Assembly (NCBI GenBank): GCA_036676985.1
Contig: JAKFBU010000023.1
Coordinates: forward strand, 261,510 to 325,509
Direction of reading: 5' to 3'
DNA from: Candidatus Sericytochromatia bacterium
GTDB lineage: Bacteria; Cyanobacteriota; Sericytochromatia; S15B-MN24; UBA4093
DNA length: 64,000 nt
Below the pieces are notes generated by a model that saw only the letters and a list, made by a program, of their open reading frames with translations, was not told the DNA's origin and did not search any database. Position 1 is the stretch's first letter; each line of letters starts with the position of its first letter. Positions 48,843-59,487 of this stretch are shown here, piece after piece. The translations under genes and the position numbers were made by a program.

Positions 48843-49758
48843 GGGGCTCCTCGTCGCCGTCGGCCTCCTGCTCTCCGGCTGCGGGCTGTTCGCGCCGGTG
48901 CCCTTCGAGGGCACGGTGGTGGACGCCGCGGGCAAGCCCCTCTCCGGGGCGGTCGTCTCCTCGGACAAGTCCGCCGCCCTCTCGGACGGGGACGGGCGCT
49001 TCTTCCTGCCGGACTCCGCGGGCACTCTCACCGTGCGCAAGATCCGCTACCAGGCCCGGATCGTGAGCCGTTCCATGGATCGGATCGTGCTCGAACCCGA
49101 CGGGCGCAAGGTCACGGTGGCCTGGGACCAGCGCTGGCAGTCGCCCGGCATGGAGGGGCTCATGGGCCACCTGGCGGCCAACGGCTTCGCCGTCACGCCC
49201 ATCAAGGAGGGCAACCTGCCCGAGGACCAGGACGTCTACGTGCTGCCGTCCCCGGCATGGTTCAGCCAGGCGGCCTATGAGGAGTACCTGCGGCTGGCGG
49301 GGCGGGGGGCCAAGCTCGTCGTGCTCGGCGAGTGGGGCGGCTACGACGGCATCGATCTGGCGGCCTGCAACGCCCTGGGCTCCAAGGCGGGCATCACCTT
49401 CGTGGCGGCGGCGGTCCGGACCTACAGCGATCGCGCCTCCGAGGAGTGGCTCACCTTCAAGCCCTCGGGCGGGCTCCTGGATGCCGAGCTGCCCAAGGGG
49501 ATCCGGCTCTTCACGGCGGGCGCGCTCGACGTGGCGGCCCCCGCCCGCCCCCTGCTCACGACGGATGCCGAGGGGATCCGCATCCAGTCCTGGTCGCGCG
49601 GCGTGCAGTCCGTGGTGGCCGCCGGCCCCCTCGGGCGGGGCTCGCTCGTGGCGCTGGCGGACACCAGCCTCTTCACCGACGAGAAGGGGCCGGACGGCAC
49701 GACCCACTGGCAGTCCCTGGACAACCCGGCGTTCGCCGTGAGCCTCCTCAACTGGTGA
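48832..49758 (+). CDS. Lipoprotein with carboxypeptidase-regulatory-like and DUF4350-like domains
   Basis: LSGC lipobox; GTVVDAAGKPLSGAVV; GRGSLVALADTSLF...DN. Confidence 0.65.
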   Translation: MRARGLLVAVGLLLSGCGLFAPVPFEGTVVDAAGKPLSGAVVSSDKSAALSDGDGRFFLPDSAGTLTVRKIRYQARIVSRSMDRIVLEPDGRKVTVAWDQRWQSPGMEGLMGHLAANGFAVTPIKEGNLPEDQDVYVLPSPAWFSQAAYEEYLRLAGRGAKLVVLGEWGGYDGIDLAACNALGSKAGITFVAAAVRTYSDRASEEWLTFKPSGGLLDAELPKGIRLFTAGALDVAAPARPLLTTDAEGIRIQSWSRGVQSVVAAGPLGRGSLVALADTSLFTDEKGPDGTTHWQSLDNPAFAVSLLNW

Positions 49759-49913
49759 CGCGAGGCCCGACGCGGCTCCACGCCCGCTCTCGGCCCGCGC
49801 CGCGCCAGGGCTCGGCGCATAGACGGGGATGACGTTCCCTGTTATGCTTAACCTCGCGTAACCAGCGCGGTTATGCCGAGATCCGTGGAGCGCAGGACGA
49901 CGAAGGCCGCTAC

Positions 49914-51755
49914 ATGACCATCGCCGACAACCTATCCGGCTCGGGCCGCTCGCTGCCGGCCCCGCCCACCCCCCATCAGCGCCGCGTCGAGATCGCCTCG
50001 ATCCTCCTCAAGTACGGCTGGGACGCCCTGGTCTTCCGCCTGAGCCTCGCAGACTTCCTGCCCGCCGGCCTCAAGCAGAAGCTCGCGGTCTCCTCGTTCC
50101 TGCGCCAGGAGGCCGAGAGCGGGGACGACGACGCCGACCTCGCGCTGCCCCTGCCCTCGGTTCTGCGCCAGATCCTCGAGGAGCTGGGCCCGACCTTCGT
50201 CAAGCTCGGCCAGGTGCTCTCGACCCGCGCGGACCTCCTCCCGCAGGCCTACATCGACGAGCTGGCCAAGCTCCAGGAGCAGGTGACGCCCAGCCCCTGG
50301 CACGAGATGGAGCAGGTGGTGCTCGGCGAGTGGAACGCCATGCACCACGGCACGGGGCAGCCCCTGGCCCGGAGCGTCTACGACATCTTCCCCGAGTTCG
50401 ACACCGTGCCCCTGGCGGCAGGCTCCCTGGGTCAGGTCTACAAGGCCAAGATCCGCAACGAGCGCGGCGACCTCCAGCAGGTGATCGTCAAGCTGCTGCG
50501 GCCCGGCATCGAGCAGACCATCGAGGCCGACATCGCGGTCATGCTCGAGTTCGCGCGGCTCCTGACGGCGCGCACCAAGTGGGGCCGCTGGAACAACATC
50601 ATCGGGCTCGCCGAGGAGTTCTCGACCATCCTGAGGAACGAGCTGGACTTCACGCTCGAAGGCTCCAACACCGAGATCATCGGCAGCAACCTGTACCGGG
50701 ACTACGGCCAGAGCATCAAGGTGCCCGAGGTCTACTGGACCTACACCTCGCGCCGCATGATGACCCTGGAGTTCCTGGTCGGCAACAAGGTCTCGGCCCT
50801 CTTCCCCAAGAAGAACGGCGGGGAGGCCCCGGTGCAGCTGACGCTCGCTCAGCGCCAGCGGCTGACGCAGACGCTGACGGTCGCCTTCCTGCGCCAGATC
50901 TTCGTCGACGGCTTCTTCCACGGCGACCCGCACCCGGGCAACGTCATGTTCCAGTTCAAGGACGGCAACCCGGACAGCCTGCCCACCTTGATCCTGATCG
51001 ACTTCGGCATGGTGGGGCGCCTGGACCCCCGCTCGCGCGAGATCCTGATCGACTTCCTCTTGGCCCTCTTGCAGTTCGACGCGGCGCGCGCCACCGACCG
51101 GATCCTCGAGTACGGCCACCCGCAGCAGCTCATCGACAAGCACCGGCTGACCGTCGAGCTCGACCACATCATGCGCGAGTTTTTGGGCAAGCCCGTGAGC
51201 GAGGTGCAGATCGGCGCGCTCATGAACCGGGTCATGGAGCTGATGCTCCAGTACCGGGTGCGCATGCCGACCTCGTTCCTCATGATCGCGCGCGTGCTCG
51301 TGACCACCGAGGGCATCTGCCGCCAGCTCGACAAGGACTACATGCTCATCAACGTGGCGGAGCCCTTCATCCTGAGCCTGATGCAGCGCCAGTTCACGAG
51401 CATCATGAACGGCCAGGAGATGATGCGCATCGCCCTGGACTGGAAGAACATCCTCCTGCGCACGCCGCGCCGGCTGGACGATCTCCTCACGGCGGCGGCC
51501 TCGGGCCAGCTCCGCGTCGAGTACGAGCTGCGCAACCTCCAGCGCCTCGAGCGGACCATGACCGTCATCGGCAACAAGGTGGCCTTCAGCCTGCTGACGG
51601 CCGCCCTCTTCATCGGGGCGGCCCTCATGGCCCCCATCCAGCAGGGGCCCCACCTCATGGGCTTCCATGCGTTCAGCTTCTTCACCTTCCTGGTGGGCGG
51701 GCTGCTCAGCGTGTGGCTCCTGGTGTCGATCCTGCGCTCCGGCCAGCTCAAGTAG
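49914..51755 (+). CDS. ABC1/AarF/UbiB family kinase-like protein
   Basis: ELGPTFVKLGQ, AGSLGQVY, ELDF, FHGDPHPGN, IDFGMVG, C-terminal TMs. Confidence 0.95.
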   Translation: MTIADNLSGSGRSLPAPPTPHQRRVEIASILLKYGWDALVFRLSLADFLPAGLKQKLAVSSFLRQEAESGDDDADLALPLPSVLRQILEELGPTFVKLGQVLSTRADLLPQAYIDELAKLQEQVTPSPWHEMEQVVLGEWNAMHHGTGQPLARSVYDIFPEFDTVPLAAGSLGQVYKAKIRNERGDLQQVIVKLLRPGIEQTIEADIAVMLEFARLLTARTKWGRWNNIIGLAEEFSTILRNELDFTLEGSNTEIIGSNLYRDYGQSIKVPEVYWTYTSRRMMTLEFLVGNKVSALFPKKNGGEAPVQLTLAQRQRLTQTLTVAFLRQIFVDGFFHGDPHPGNVMFQFKDGNPDSLPTLILIDFGMVGRLDPRSREILIDFLLALLQFDAARATDRILEYGHPQQLIDKHRLTVELDHIMREFLGKPVSEVQIGALMNRVMELMLQYRVRMPTSFLMIARVLVTTEGICRQLDKDYMLINVAEPFILSLMQRQFTSIMNGQEMMRIALDWKNILLRTPRRLDDLLTAAASGQLRVEYELRNLQRLERTMTVIGNKVAFSLLTAALFIGAALMAPIQQGPHLMGFHAFSFFTFLVGGLLSVWLLVSILRSGQLK

Positions 51756-51935
51756 AGCGTCTGACGAACCGGTTCCGGCAAGCCGTCGGAAGGCGGCCCG
51801 CGGCGCCCCATGCCGGGTTTGGTCCGCTGCTCTAAGGCTCACTCGATCGGTACCCCCGGCCCGTTTCGGGGTATAAACTGCCTCCTGGGGTCGTGCGCCG
51901 CGATGAGGAGGCGGGACCCCGAGAGAGGAGCTCGC

Positions 51936-52511
51936 ATGACCAGGCTGCATTTCGGAGTGGACGTGGACGGGGTGCTGGCGCACCACCTGCCCTCGATGCT
52001 CGACATCGTCAAGGAGATCACGGGCATCGCCCTGCACCCCGACCAGGTGACGGACTACTACTTCGCGGGGCTCGTCTCCCGGGATCAGATGGAGCGGGTC
52101 TTCGAGCAGTGCATGGAGTGCGCGCTGGAGCTGCCCCCCTTGCCGGACTACCACCTGGTCAACGAGCTGCCGGGCGACGTGACGATCGTGACCCACCGCC
52201 ACGAGGACGTGGCGGGCGCGGTGACGCGCGCCTGGCTCGAGCGCCACGACATCCGCTACTCCAACCTCATCTTCACGCGCGGGCTCAAGAGCCAGACGGG
52301 CACCTTCGACTTCTTCGTGGACGACGCCCCCCACAACGCCCTCGACCTGGCCCAGGCGGGCTCCACCATGTTCCTCATGGAGCAGCCCTACAACCGCCAC
52401 ATGGAGCTCGGCGAGCACGGCGAGCGCATCGTGCGCGTCAGCTGCTGGACCGACATCAAGAACTACCTCGACGAGCGCTCCATCTGGACGTCACCGCGCA
52501 TCGCGAGCTGA
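51936..52511 (+). CDS. HAD-superfamily 5'(3')-nucleotidase-like (NT5C) protein
   Basis: GAGGAG RBS; DVDGVL, VTHR, FVDD, PYNR. Confidence 0.8.
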   Translation: MTRLHFGVDVDGVLAHHLPSMLDIVKEITGIALHPDQVTDYYFAGLVSRDQMERVFEQCMECALELPPLPDYHLVNELPGDVTIVTHRHEDVAGAVTRAWLERHDIRYSNLIFTRGLKSQTGTFDFFVDDAPHNALDLAQAGSTMFLMEQPYNRHMELGEHGERIVRVSCWTDIKNYLDERSIWTSPRIAS

Positions 52512-52534
52512 GCCCCGCCCGAAAAACCCCACCC

Positions 52535-52572
52535 CGCGCCAGCCCCCGGCCCATGGGCCGGGGGCTGGCGCG
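52535..52572. terminator. Perfect 38-bp palindrome after HAD gene
   Basis: CGCGCCAGCCCCCGGCCCA/TGGGCCGGGGGCTGGCGCG. Confidence 0.6.
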
Positions 52573-52761
52573 CTCCGGAGCCGTGAGCGCACCGTCAGCG
52601 ATCGGTGAACGACCCGTGAGGCTTGCGAAATAGGCGGACCGTCCGCCCTTGCAATCGATTGCTTGGCGAAGCGGACGGGTATGTGATCAGCGTCTGTCCC
52701 CCGTAATCCGGTTCGCCTCCCGGGTGCTTTTCTGGTCTTAGCACCTAGCAAGGAGTTGGTC

Positions 52762-55700
52762 GTGAGCTTGGGTCATGCGCGTCGGCTGATCGCCTGTATC
52801 GCCATCAGCCTGCTCCTTTGCCTGATCACGGCATGCCCCCGTTCTCTGGTCTCGACGCCCGTCGGCTTGACGGCCGCCCAGGCGGATCCCGGCACGCTGC
52901 ATGGCTTCGTGGACTTCGACGACCGCCGCCAGGTGCAGGCCTCGTTGGAGTCCGTCGCCAAGGGAGCCACCGTCGCCCTGATCCGTGTGAGCAACGGCGA
53001 GACGGTCGCCACGACCCTCACCGACGCCCGCGGCGGCTTCAGCATGCGGATCACCAACGGCTACAAGCCCATCAACAACGAACTCTACTACATCGAGGCG
53101 CTCAAGGGCCTCTCCCTCGGCGACGGCTCCGCCAACGCGGTGGGCGGGAGCCTCGCTCGCGTGCGCACCATCGCCCTCTACAAGGACAACAACTGGTCGA
53201 CCCTGGCCGGGACGACCGGGGCCGTCATTCTGAACCAGACGACCACGGCGATCGCCATCGTCGTCAGCCTGCGGAGCGTCCCGGGCTTCGGGCCCGCGAT
53301 CGATCCCATGCAGCTGCTCTCGACGGTGACGCTGAGCCAGCCGCAGGGCGGGTACCCGGATACTATCACCCTGCCCGAGGCCTTCACCATGGGGGCCCAC
53401 CCCATCTTGCCCCTGAGCCTCATCCAGCGGACGATCGATCTGGTCGCCGACGCCCTGAGCAAGAACCGGGATCCGCTCCGCTGGATCGCCCTGGCGAGCT
53501 CGGACCCGGACCACAACACGGTCGCCCTGCCGGACGCGCCCTTCGCGATCGCGGGCCTCTCCCCGAACTCCGCGGCCCCGGGCGACTCGATCGTCCTGGT
53601 CGGCAGCAACTTCGGCGACACGCCCGAGGCCAACCAGGTCACGTTCACCGCGCCCTCGGGCGCGACCGTCTCGGCCACGGTCGCCGCCGTGAGCCCCGAC
53701 ATGTCCCAGCTGACGCTGGTGGTGCCGCCGACGGCCGTCACGGGCCCCCTCACCCTGACGCTCAAGGGCAAGACGCTGCCCGGGCCCATGTTCAACCTGG
53801 CCGTCCGCTCGGGTCACGGGACGGTGGACGTCTCGGGCAACGTCTACATCGCGAACAAGGGCATGGGCACCGTCTCCATCACCCAGACCATCCCGGGCAG
53901 CACCCGCCTGGGCGTCAAGGCGCTGGTGTCCAACCTCGACAACCCGAGTGCCCTGACGTTCGGAAAGAGCGGCTACCCCGAGCTCTACGTGGCCTGCGGC
54001 GGGACGACCAAGAAGATCTTCAAGATCGACGTCTCGGGCCCCACCCCGACGGCCGTGGCCTCGTCGAGCGTGGCGCCCTTCGCGAGCCCGAGCGGCATCG
54101 CCTACCAGTTCTCGAGCGGCGACTACTTCATCGCCGACGCGTCGCAGAACCTTCTCTACAAGATGGCCGCCGGCGGCCCGACCCCCGCCGTCACGGCCTT
54201 TCCCGTCAGCGGCGTGACGCTCAGCCAGCCGCGCGGCCTGAGCTTCGGACCGGACGGCAAGCTTTACGTCGCCAACACCGGCGCGAACAACGTGCTCGCC
54301 ATCGACGTCACGACCGGCGCCGGCTCGGAGTTCCTCTCGGGCCTGGCCTCGCCCTACGGCGTGGCGTTCGACAACCTGGGCAGCTTCTACGTCAGCAACA
54401 ACTCCGGCAACTCGGTCTACACCAAGCCGGTCGTCTCGGCCCCCGGCGTCACGCCCAAGGTCTACGGCAGCCTGACGGCCTTCGCGAGCATCCCGACGCC
54501 CGGCGCCATCACGGCCGACTCGAGCGGCTACCTCTACGTCGCGGACACCGTCTCCAACGGCATCTACCGCATCAACCAGAACGCCGAGAGCTACCAGGTC
54601 GCCTACGGCCTCAGCTACCCGAACGCCGTCTGGTCGGACGCGAGCGGCCACTACATCATGACCGACGCGGGGCGCATCCTCTACTACGACCCGGTCAAGC
54701 AGATCCTCTCGGTCTTCGCCGAGGGCCTCTACTCGGCCAAGGGGCTGGTCCGCGACGGCGACGGAAACTTCTACACCAACCAGAGCAGCATCGCGTCCCT
54801 GGTCAAGATCGCCCCCAACGGGACGACCTCGCAGCTCCTGTCGGGCCTGACCTCGTGCACCAACAGCGGAGTGCGCCTCAACGGCCGCAAGCTGTACCTG
54901 CGCTCCAGCGTGAGCGTCGAGTCCGCCCAGTACACGAGCCAGGGCGAGGTCCTGGAGTACGACCTCGACAACCTCGGCTCCACGCCCAACGCCCGCTACA
55001 AGAGCCACGCCAAGACGACGGTGGCGATCGCCCGGGACGAGTCCGGCGGCGTCTACAACAACTACTACTACGGCGTCCAGACCGGCGACGCCTCGCCCTC
55101 GATCGTGCGCATCAACCGGCTTGCCACCCAGTATGCCGAGTACACGCTCGTGACCCGGGACACCTCGGGCCGCCTGAAGGATCCGCGCGACATCTGGGTC
55201 GACCCGAACGGCCGGATCTGGGTCGCGGACTTCCAGGGGCAGAGCGGCAGCGGCGGACTCTACGTCTACAACGCGGACGGCACCCCCTATGCCGACTACA
55301 GCAGCAGCGTGGTCAAGCCGACCAACCTCACCTCCGACGGGACGCTCGTCTACGTCAACAACTACCAGACCGCAGGCGACGTGCGCGCGCTGGATCGGAA
55401 TACCGGAGCCGTCGTCCGCATCCTGACCGGCTACAAGAACCCCCGGGGCATCGCCTTCAACACAGGCACCCACACCATGTACGTCGACGAGGGCGGCAAC
55501 AAGCGCATCCTCGCGGTGGCCACCTACGACTCCGCGCCGGGGGCCTCGCCCTCCTTCTATGCGGCCAACGGCAACTACAACGACATCGAGACCGTCGGCA
55601 CGACGATCGTGTTCACCAACGGCGGCCTCATCTCGCGGATCGCCGCCGACGGCCAGACGGTCACGAACCTCAAGACCCACTACGACTCCCAGCTTCGGAT

Positions 55701-56235
55701 CTTCAAGAACTCGGACGGGAAGTACGTCTGGACCGACGGGTGGGGCAACCTGCATCACAGCGACATGGGCGACTACACCACCTGGGGCGGCCCGCTCCGG
55801 ACGGAGAACGGCCGGGGCGTCTTCGGCGTTCGCGGGGACAGCACCAAGTCCGGCAGTTCCGTCTTCACCTTCGGGCGCGCCTCCTGGACCGCCCTGATCA
55901 CCGAGATGGCCGCCGACGGGAGCTACACCCGGACGTGCTACTGGGCCACGGGTCCGGACGATACCAAGGAGTACAACAGTGTCGCGGACGACGGAGCCGG
56001 CACGCTCTTCCTCGGCATCGCCACCAACGGCCTGGTCGTCAAGTACTCGAACGGGACGTTCACCACGCTGGGGAGCGCCCCGAGCAGCAGCGGCCCGGAC
56101 ACCGCCACCGGCCTGACCTACTACAACGGTCAGGTCTACCAGGTGCTCCGGACGTTGCACCGGCTGGATCAGATCGATCCGACCACCGGGACCCGGACCT
56201 CGCTCAAGATCGGCCTCATGGCCCCGGAACTGTAG
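52762..56235 (+). CDS. Large lipoprotein: N-terminal domain, IPT/TIG domain, NHL-like propeller repeats
   Basis: AGGAG RBS before GTG 52762; ITAC lipobox; GDSIVLVGSNFG; many LxxPxGxAxDxxGxxYV repeats. Confidence 0.85.
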   Translation: MSLGHARRLIACIAISLLLCLITACPRSLVSTPVGLTAAQADPGTLHGFVDFDDRRQVQASLESVAKGATVALIRVSNGETVATTLTDARGGFSMRITNGYKPINNELYYIEALKGLSLGDGSANAVGGSLARVRTIALYKDNNWSTLAGTTGAVILNQTTTAIAIVVSLRSVPGFGPAIDPMQLLSTVTLSQPQGGYPDTITLPEAFTMGAHPILPLSLIQRTIDLVADALSKNRDPLRWIALASSDPDHNTVALPDAPFAIAGLSPNSAAPGDSIVLVGSNFGDTPEANQVTFTAPSGATVSATVAAVSPDMSQLTLVVPPTAVTGPLTLTLKGKTLPGPMFNLAVRSGHGTVDVSGNVYIANKGMGTVSITQTIPGSTRLGVKALVSNLDNPSALTFGKSGYPELYVACGGTTKKIFKIDVSGPTPTAVASSSVAPFASPSGIAYQFSSGDYFIADASQNLLYKMAAGGPTPAVTAFPVSGVTLSQPRGLSFGPDGKLYVANTGANNVLAIDVTTGAGSEFLSGLASPYGVAFDNLGSFYVSNNSGNSVYTKPVVSAPGVTPKVYGSLTAFASIPTPGAITADSSGYLYVADTVSNGIYRINQNAESYQVAYGLSYPNAVWSDASGHYIMTDAGRILYYDPVKQILSVFAEGLYSAKGLVRDGDGNFYTNQSSIASLVKIAPNGTTSQLLSGLTSCTNSGVRLNGRKLYLRSSVSVESAQYTSQGEVLEYDLDNLGSTPNARYKSHAKTTVAIARDESGGVYNNYYYGVQTGDASPSIVRINRLATQYAEYTLVTRDTSGRLKDPRDIWVDPNGRIWVADFQGQSGSGGLYVYNADGTPYADYSSSVVKPTNLTSDGTLVYVNNYQTAGDVRALDRNTGAVVRILTGYKNPRGIAFNTGTHTMYVDEGGNKRILAVATYDSAPGASPSFYAANGNYNDIETVGTTIVFTNGGLISRIAADGQTVTNLKTHYDSQLRIFKNSDGKYVWTDGWGNLHHSDMGDYTTWGGPLRTENGRGVFGVRGDSTKSGSSVFTFGRASWTALITEMAADGSYTRTCYWATGPDDTKEYNSVADDGAGTLFLGIATNGLVVKYSNGTFTTLGSAPSSSGPDTATGLTYYNGQVYQVLRTLHRLDQIDPTTGTRTSLKIGLMAPEL

Positions 56236-56247
56236 GCGGAGCGGACC

Positions 56248-59200
56248 ATGCTGAAAGTCGTCTTCCTGCTCTTCACTCTCCTCTTGACCAGCTGCCGCAT
56301 GCCGGGGCTGGTCGGCCCCATGTCGCCCGTCCGCGGGATCCAGGCGCCGGCAGGCCAGGTCGTCGCCCAGCCCCTGAGCGGCACCGTCGAGTGGCCCGCC
56401 GAGCGAGGGGTCCAGGCCGCGATCGCCGACGTCGCGAGCGCCTCGGTCGTCTCGATCATCGATGCGGCCACCGGCGTGAGCGTCGGGGCCAGCGTGTCGG
56501 ATGCGAGCGGGGGCTTCGCGATCCGGTTCGGCCCCCTCTTTCGCCCGACGGTCAACCAGGCGTTCATCGCCGAGGCCGTGAAGGGGCTGCGGTCGCCGGG
56601 TGCCGGCCCCGACGGCCAGTTCAACCAGGCCGGGGCCGAGGCCGTGCGCCTCCGGACCATCGTCTACTACGACGGCGGGTCCGGAGGCTGGAAGGGCCTC
56701 ACCTCCGGGACCCCCGGCACCGTTCACATCGGCCAGAAGACCACGGCCCTCTCGGTGGGCATCGCCCTGAGGCAAGCGGCCGGGCTGCCCCTGGTGCTGA
56801 CGGACTACATCAACGCCATCCCGGGCAACGGCACCTACGTGCCGCCCAGCGGCGGGATCGACACTCCGGAATTCGACTCCCTGACGACGCTGGTCGGCGA
56901 CGCCCTCGCCCAGGACCGCGATCCGGTCCACTACGTGTCGCTGGACACCTCCTCGGGGCGCTTCGCCTCGACCTTCGTCGGCTTCGCCATCACGGACGTG
57001 CAGCCGCGCACGGGCACGATCGAAACGCCCTTGACCATCACGGGCACCGGCTTCGACACGGGCACCATCACGGTGGCCATCAACGGAGTGCCGGCCACCA
57101 TCACCTCGTTCACGGCCGACACCATCCAGGCCAAGGTAGGCCCGGGCAGCCGCACGGGGCCGGTCACCGTGACGGTGGGCGGCGCCTTGCAAGCAGGGCC
57201 CACCTTCACCGTCAACGTCTCGGACGGCCACAACGTCTTCCTGAACGGCTCCATGTACGTGGTCAACCCCGCCTGGGGCACCCTGAGCCGGATCGATGCG
57301 GCGGGCTACGTCAAGACGGTGGGCAACGGGATCAACTCGCCCCAGCAGGTCGCCGTGGGACCGGACGGCCTCGTCTACGTCTCGGGCCAAGGGGACAACA
57401 AGGTCTGGCGGTTCGACCCGGCCAGCGGCTTCGCCTCGAGCAGCTTCGCCGTCGTCACGGCACCCAACGGGCTTGCTTTCGATACCAGCGGCAACCTCTT
57501 CGTGTCGAGCAACCAAGGCGCCGGCAACGTCTACAAGCTGAATGCCGGCGGCACGGTCGTGAACACCTACCCGGGCTTCACCAACCCGCAGAGCCTCGCG
57601 TTGGACTACGCCGGAAAGCTCATCGTCGTCGAGGCGGGCGGTGCTGTCACCAAGATCACGCCCGACGACCCCGCGGGCAACCCGCGGACGCCCCTGGCCT
57701 TCTTGCCGACACCCAGCGGGCTCGCCGTCGACTCGGCGGGCAACGCCTTCGTCACGTGCACCAGCAGCAACTGCATCTCCCGGGTGGACCCGCTCGGCAA
57801 CACGTCGGTCTTCGCCGTGGTGACGAGCCCGGGCGGGATCGCGTTCGACTCCTCCGGGGCGCTCTTCACGTCCGACACCACCAACAACCTCATCTATCGC
57901 ATCTCGCCCTCCGGAAACCTCTCGACCTTCGCCTATGGCATCAGCACCCCCCGCGGGCTGGCGGTGAACCCCAGCACGGGCGTGGTGTACGTGTCACTGT
58001 ACAACTCCAACGCTATCCTGCAGGTGAACCCCGCGGACGGCGTGCTCAAACCCCTCGTCAAGGGGATCGCTCCACCGCTCACGCTGACCTACCGGGACGG
58101 GGGGCTGTTCATCGCCCACCCGGACACCAACGCCGTCTCCTTCGCCGATCCCAGCGGCCAGATGACCACGGTCGGCACCAACCTGACGCAGCCGAGCGGC
58201 GCCGACAAGGATCCGGTCTCGGGCAAGGTCTACGTGGGACGCTACGGCATCCCCTGGTTCAGCTGGGCCTACACCTCGGGCTGGACGGACGGCGGCTACC
58301 ACGTCCTCGACGGAGGATCGGTGACGACGGCCTATCCCAACCAGCGCAAGGATTCCGCCGGCCTCACGGTGGATGGCAACGGCGTGGTCTTCTCGGTCAG
58401 CTCCAGTGGACGGCAGCTCAGCATGAGCACTCCGATCGGCCCGGGCTCCTACCAGACGCGCCTCCTCCATACGTTCGCCACCAATCCGAACAAGCTGGCG
58501 CTCGACGCGGCCAACAACCTCTACGCGTCCGTCGGCTCCGAGCACAAGGTGTATCGCTTCCGGGTCGCCGCCAACTACGCCAAAGAGGAGATCACGGGCT
58601 TCAGCAATCCCTACGGGCTGGCCTTCGACGGCAGCGGCACCCTGTGGGTCTCCAACATGAGCGACGGCAAGCTCCGGAAGGTCACCAACCCGGAGCTTGC
58701 AACCACCGTGACGGCGGATGCCTGGCTGTCCGCCGTGGTGGGGACCGGCGTCAGGGGCCTCGCGGTCTCGGGCGGCGACCTCTTCATGGCCAACGGGACC
58801 AACCTGGACTGGTACACCATGGCGGCCGGGACCTCCAGCAACTTCGTCTCCGGGCTGGCCGGCAGCATCTCGGACATCTGGGGACGGCCCGGGGAGATCT
58901 ACGCCCAGTCGGGCTCCACGATCTTCAAGATCGATCAAGCCTCGCGCGTCGCCTCGTACTTCCTGTCCGGGGACGGGCGTCTCATCCGGATCGCCTTCGA
59001 CCCCGCCGGCAAGCTCTATCGCGCCTTCTCGAGCAGCGGGAACATCATCTCGACGGCCACGTCGCCCCAGGTCAACCTGGTGCGGCTCGGCTACACGCAC
59101 GAGATGGGCCTGGACGGTGACCAGCTCTACTTCACCACCACCTACAACACCGACGGGGTCAGCGGATGTGCCGGGATTTACCGCTTCGACCTCACGTCCG

Positions 59201-59487
59201 GCCAGCAGTACCAGTATCCCCTTGGCGTGACCTGGTCGCTGGCAGTGGCGAGTGACCACACGATCTACGTGGGCACCAATGCCAACAAGGTCGTGGAGCT
59301 GAACACCACCACCGGGGCGACCACCGATCGCTTCTCGCTCGGAACGCGCCCCTACGGCCTGGACATCTACGAGGGGGCCTCGCCCGCGACCCTGTGGGCC
59401 GTCGGGGCCGATGGCCGGGTGTTCGAGATGCAGGTGGGCGGGTCCATGACGATCCACTACTTTGGCCTGATGCAGCCGAGGTTCTGA
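56248..59487 (+). CDS. Paralogous large IPT/TIG plus NHL-repeat lipoprotein
   Basis: LTSC lipobox; LTITGTGFD; repeats such as PNGLAFDTSGNLFV. Confidence 0.85.
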   Translation: MLKVVFLLFTLLLTSCRMPGLVGPMSPVRGIQAPAGQVVAQPLSGTVEWPAERGVQAAIADVASASVVSIIDAATGVSVGASVSDASGGFAIRFGPLFRPTVNQAFIAEAVKGLRSPGAGPDGQFNQAGAEAVRLRTIVYYDGGSGGWKGLTSGTPGTVHIGQKTTALSVGIALRQAAGLPLVLTDYINAIPGNGTYVPPSGGIDTPEFDSLTTLVGDALAQDRDPVHYVSLDTSSGRFASTFVGFAITDVQPRTGTIETPLTITGTGFDTGTITVAINGVPATITSFTADTIQAKVGPGSRTGPVTVTVGGALQAGPTFTVNVSDGHNVFLNGSMYVVNPAWGTLSRIDAAGYVKTVGNGINSPQQVAVGPDGLVYVSGQGDNKVWRFDPASGFASSSFAVVTAPNGLAFDTSGNLFVSSNQGAGNVYKLNAGGTVVNTYPGFTNPQSLALDYAGKLIVVEAGGAVTKITPDDPAGNPRTPLAFLPTPSGLAVDSAGNAFVTCTSSNCISRVDPLGNTSVFAVVTSPGGIAFDSSGALFTSDTTNNLIYRISPSGNLSTFAYGISTPRGLAVNPSTGVVYVSLYNSNAILQVNPADGVLKPLVKGIAPPLTLTYRDGGLFIAHPDTNAVSFADPSGQMTTVGTNLTQPSGADKDPVSGKVYVGRYGIPWFSWAYTSGWTDGGYHVLDGGSVTTAYPNQRKDSAGLTVDGNGVVFSVSSSGRQLSMSTPIGPGSYQTRLLHTFATNPNKLALDAANNLYASVGSEHKVYRFRVAANYAKEEITGFSNPYGLAFDGSGTLWVSNMSDGKLRKVTNPELATTVTADAWLSAVVGTGVRGLAVSGGDLFMANGTNLDWYTMAAGTSSNFVSGLAGSISDIWGRPGEIYAQSGSTIFKIDQASRVASYFLSGDGRLIRIAFDPAGKLYRAFSSSGNIISTATSPQVNLVRLGYTHEMGLDGDQLYFTTTYNTDGVSGCAGIYRFDLTSGQQYQYPLGVTWSLAVASDHTIYVGTNANKVVELNTTTGATTDRFSLGTRPYGLDIYEGASPATLWAVGADGRVFEMQVGGSMTIHYFGLMQPRF

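Noticed and set aside
52738-59120. Very long alternative ORFs (2100 aa on +, 1592 aa on -)
   Set aside because: Arg/Pro/Gly-rich or antisense shadows of the two NHL genes, expected from GC-rich third positions
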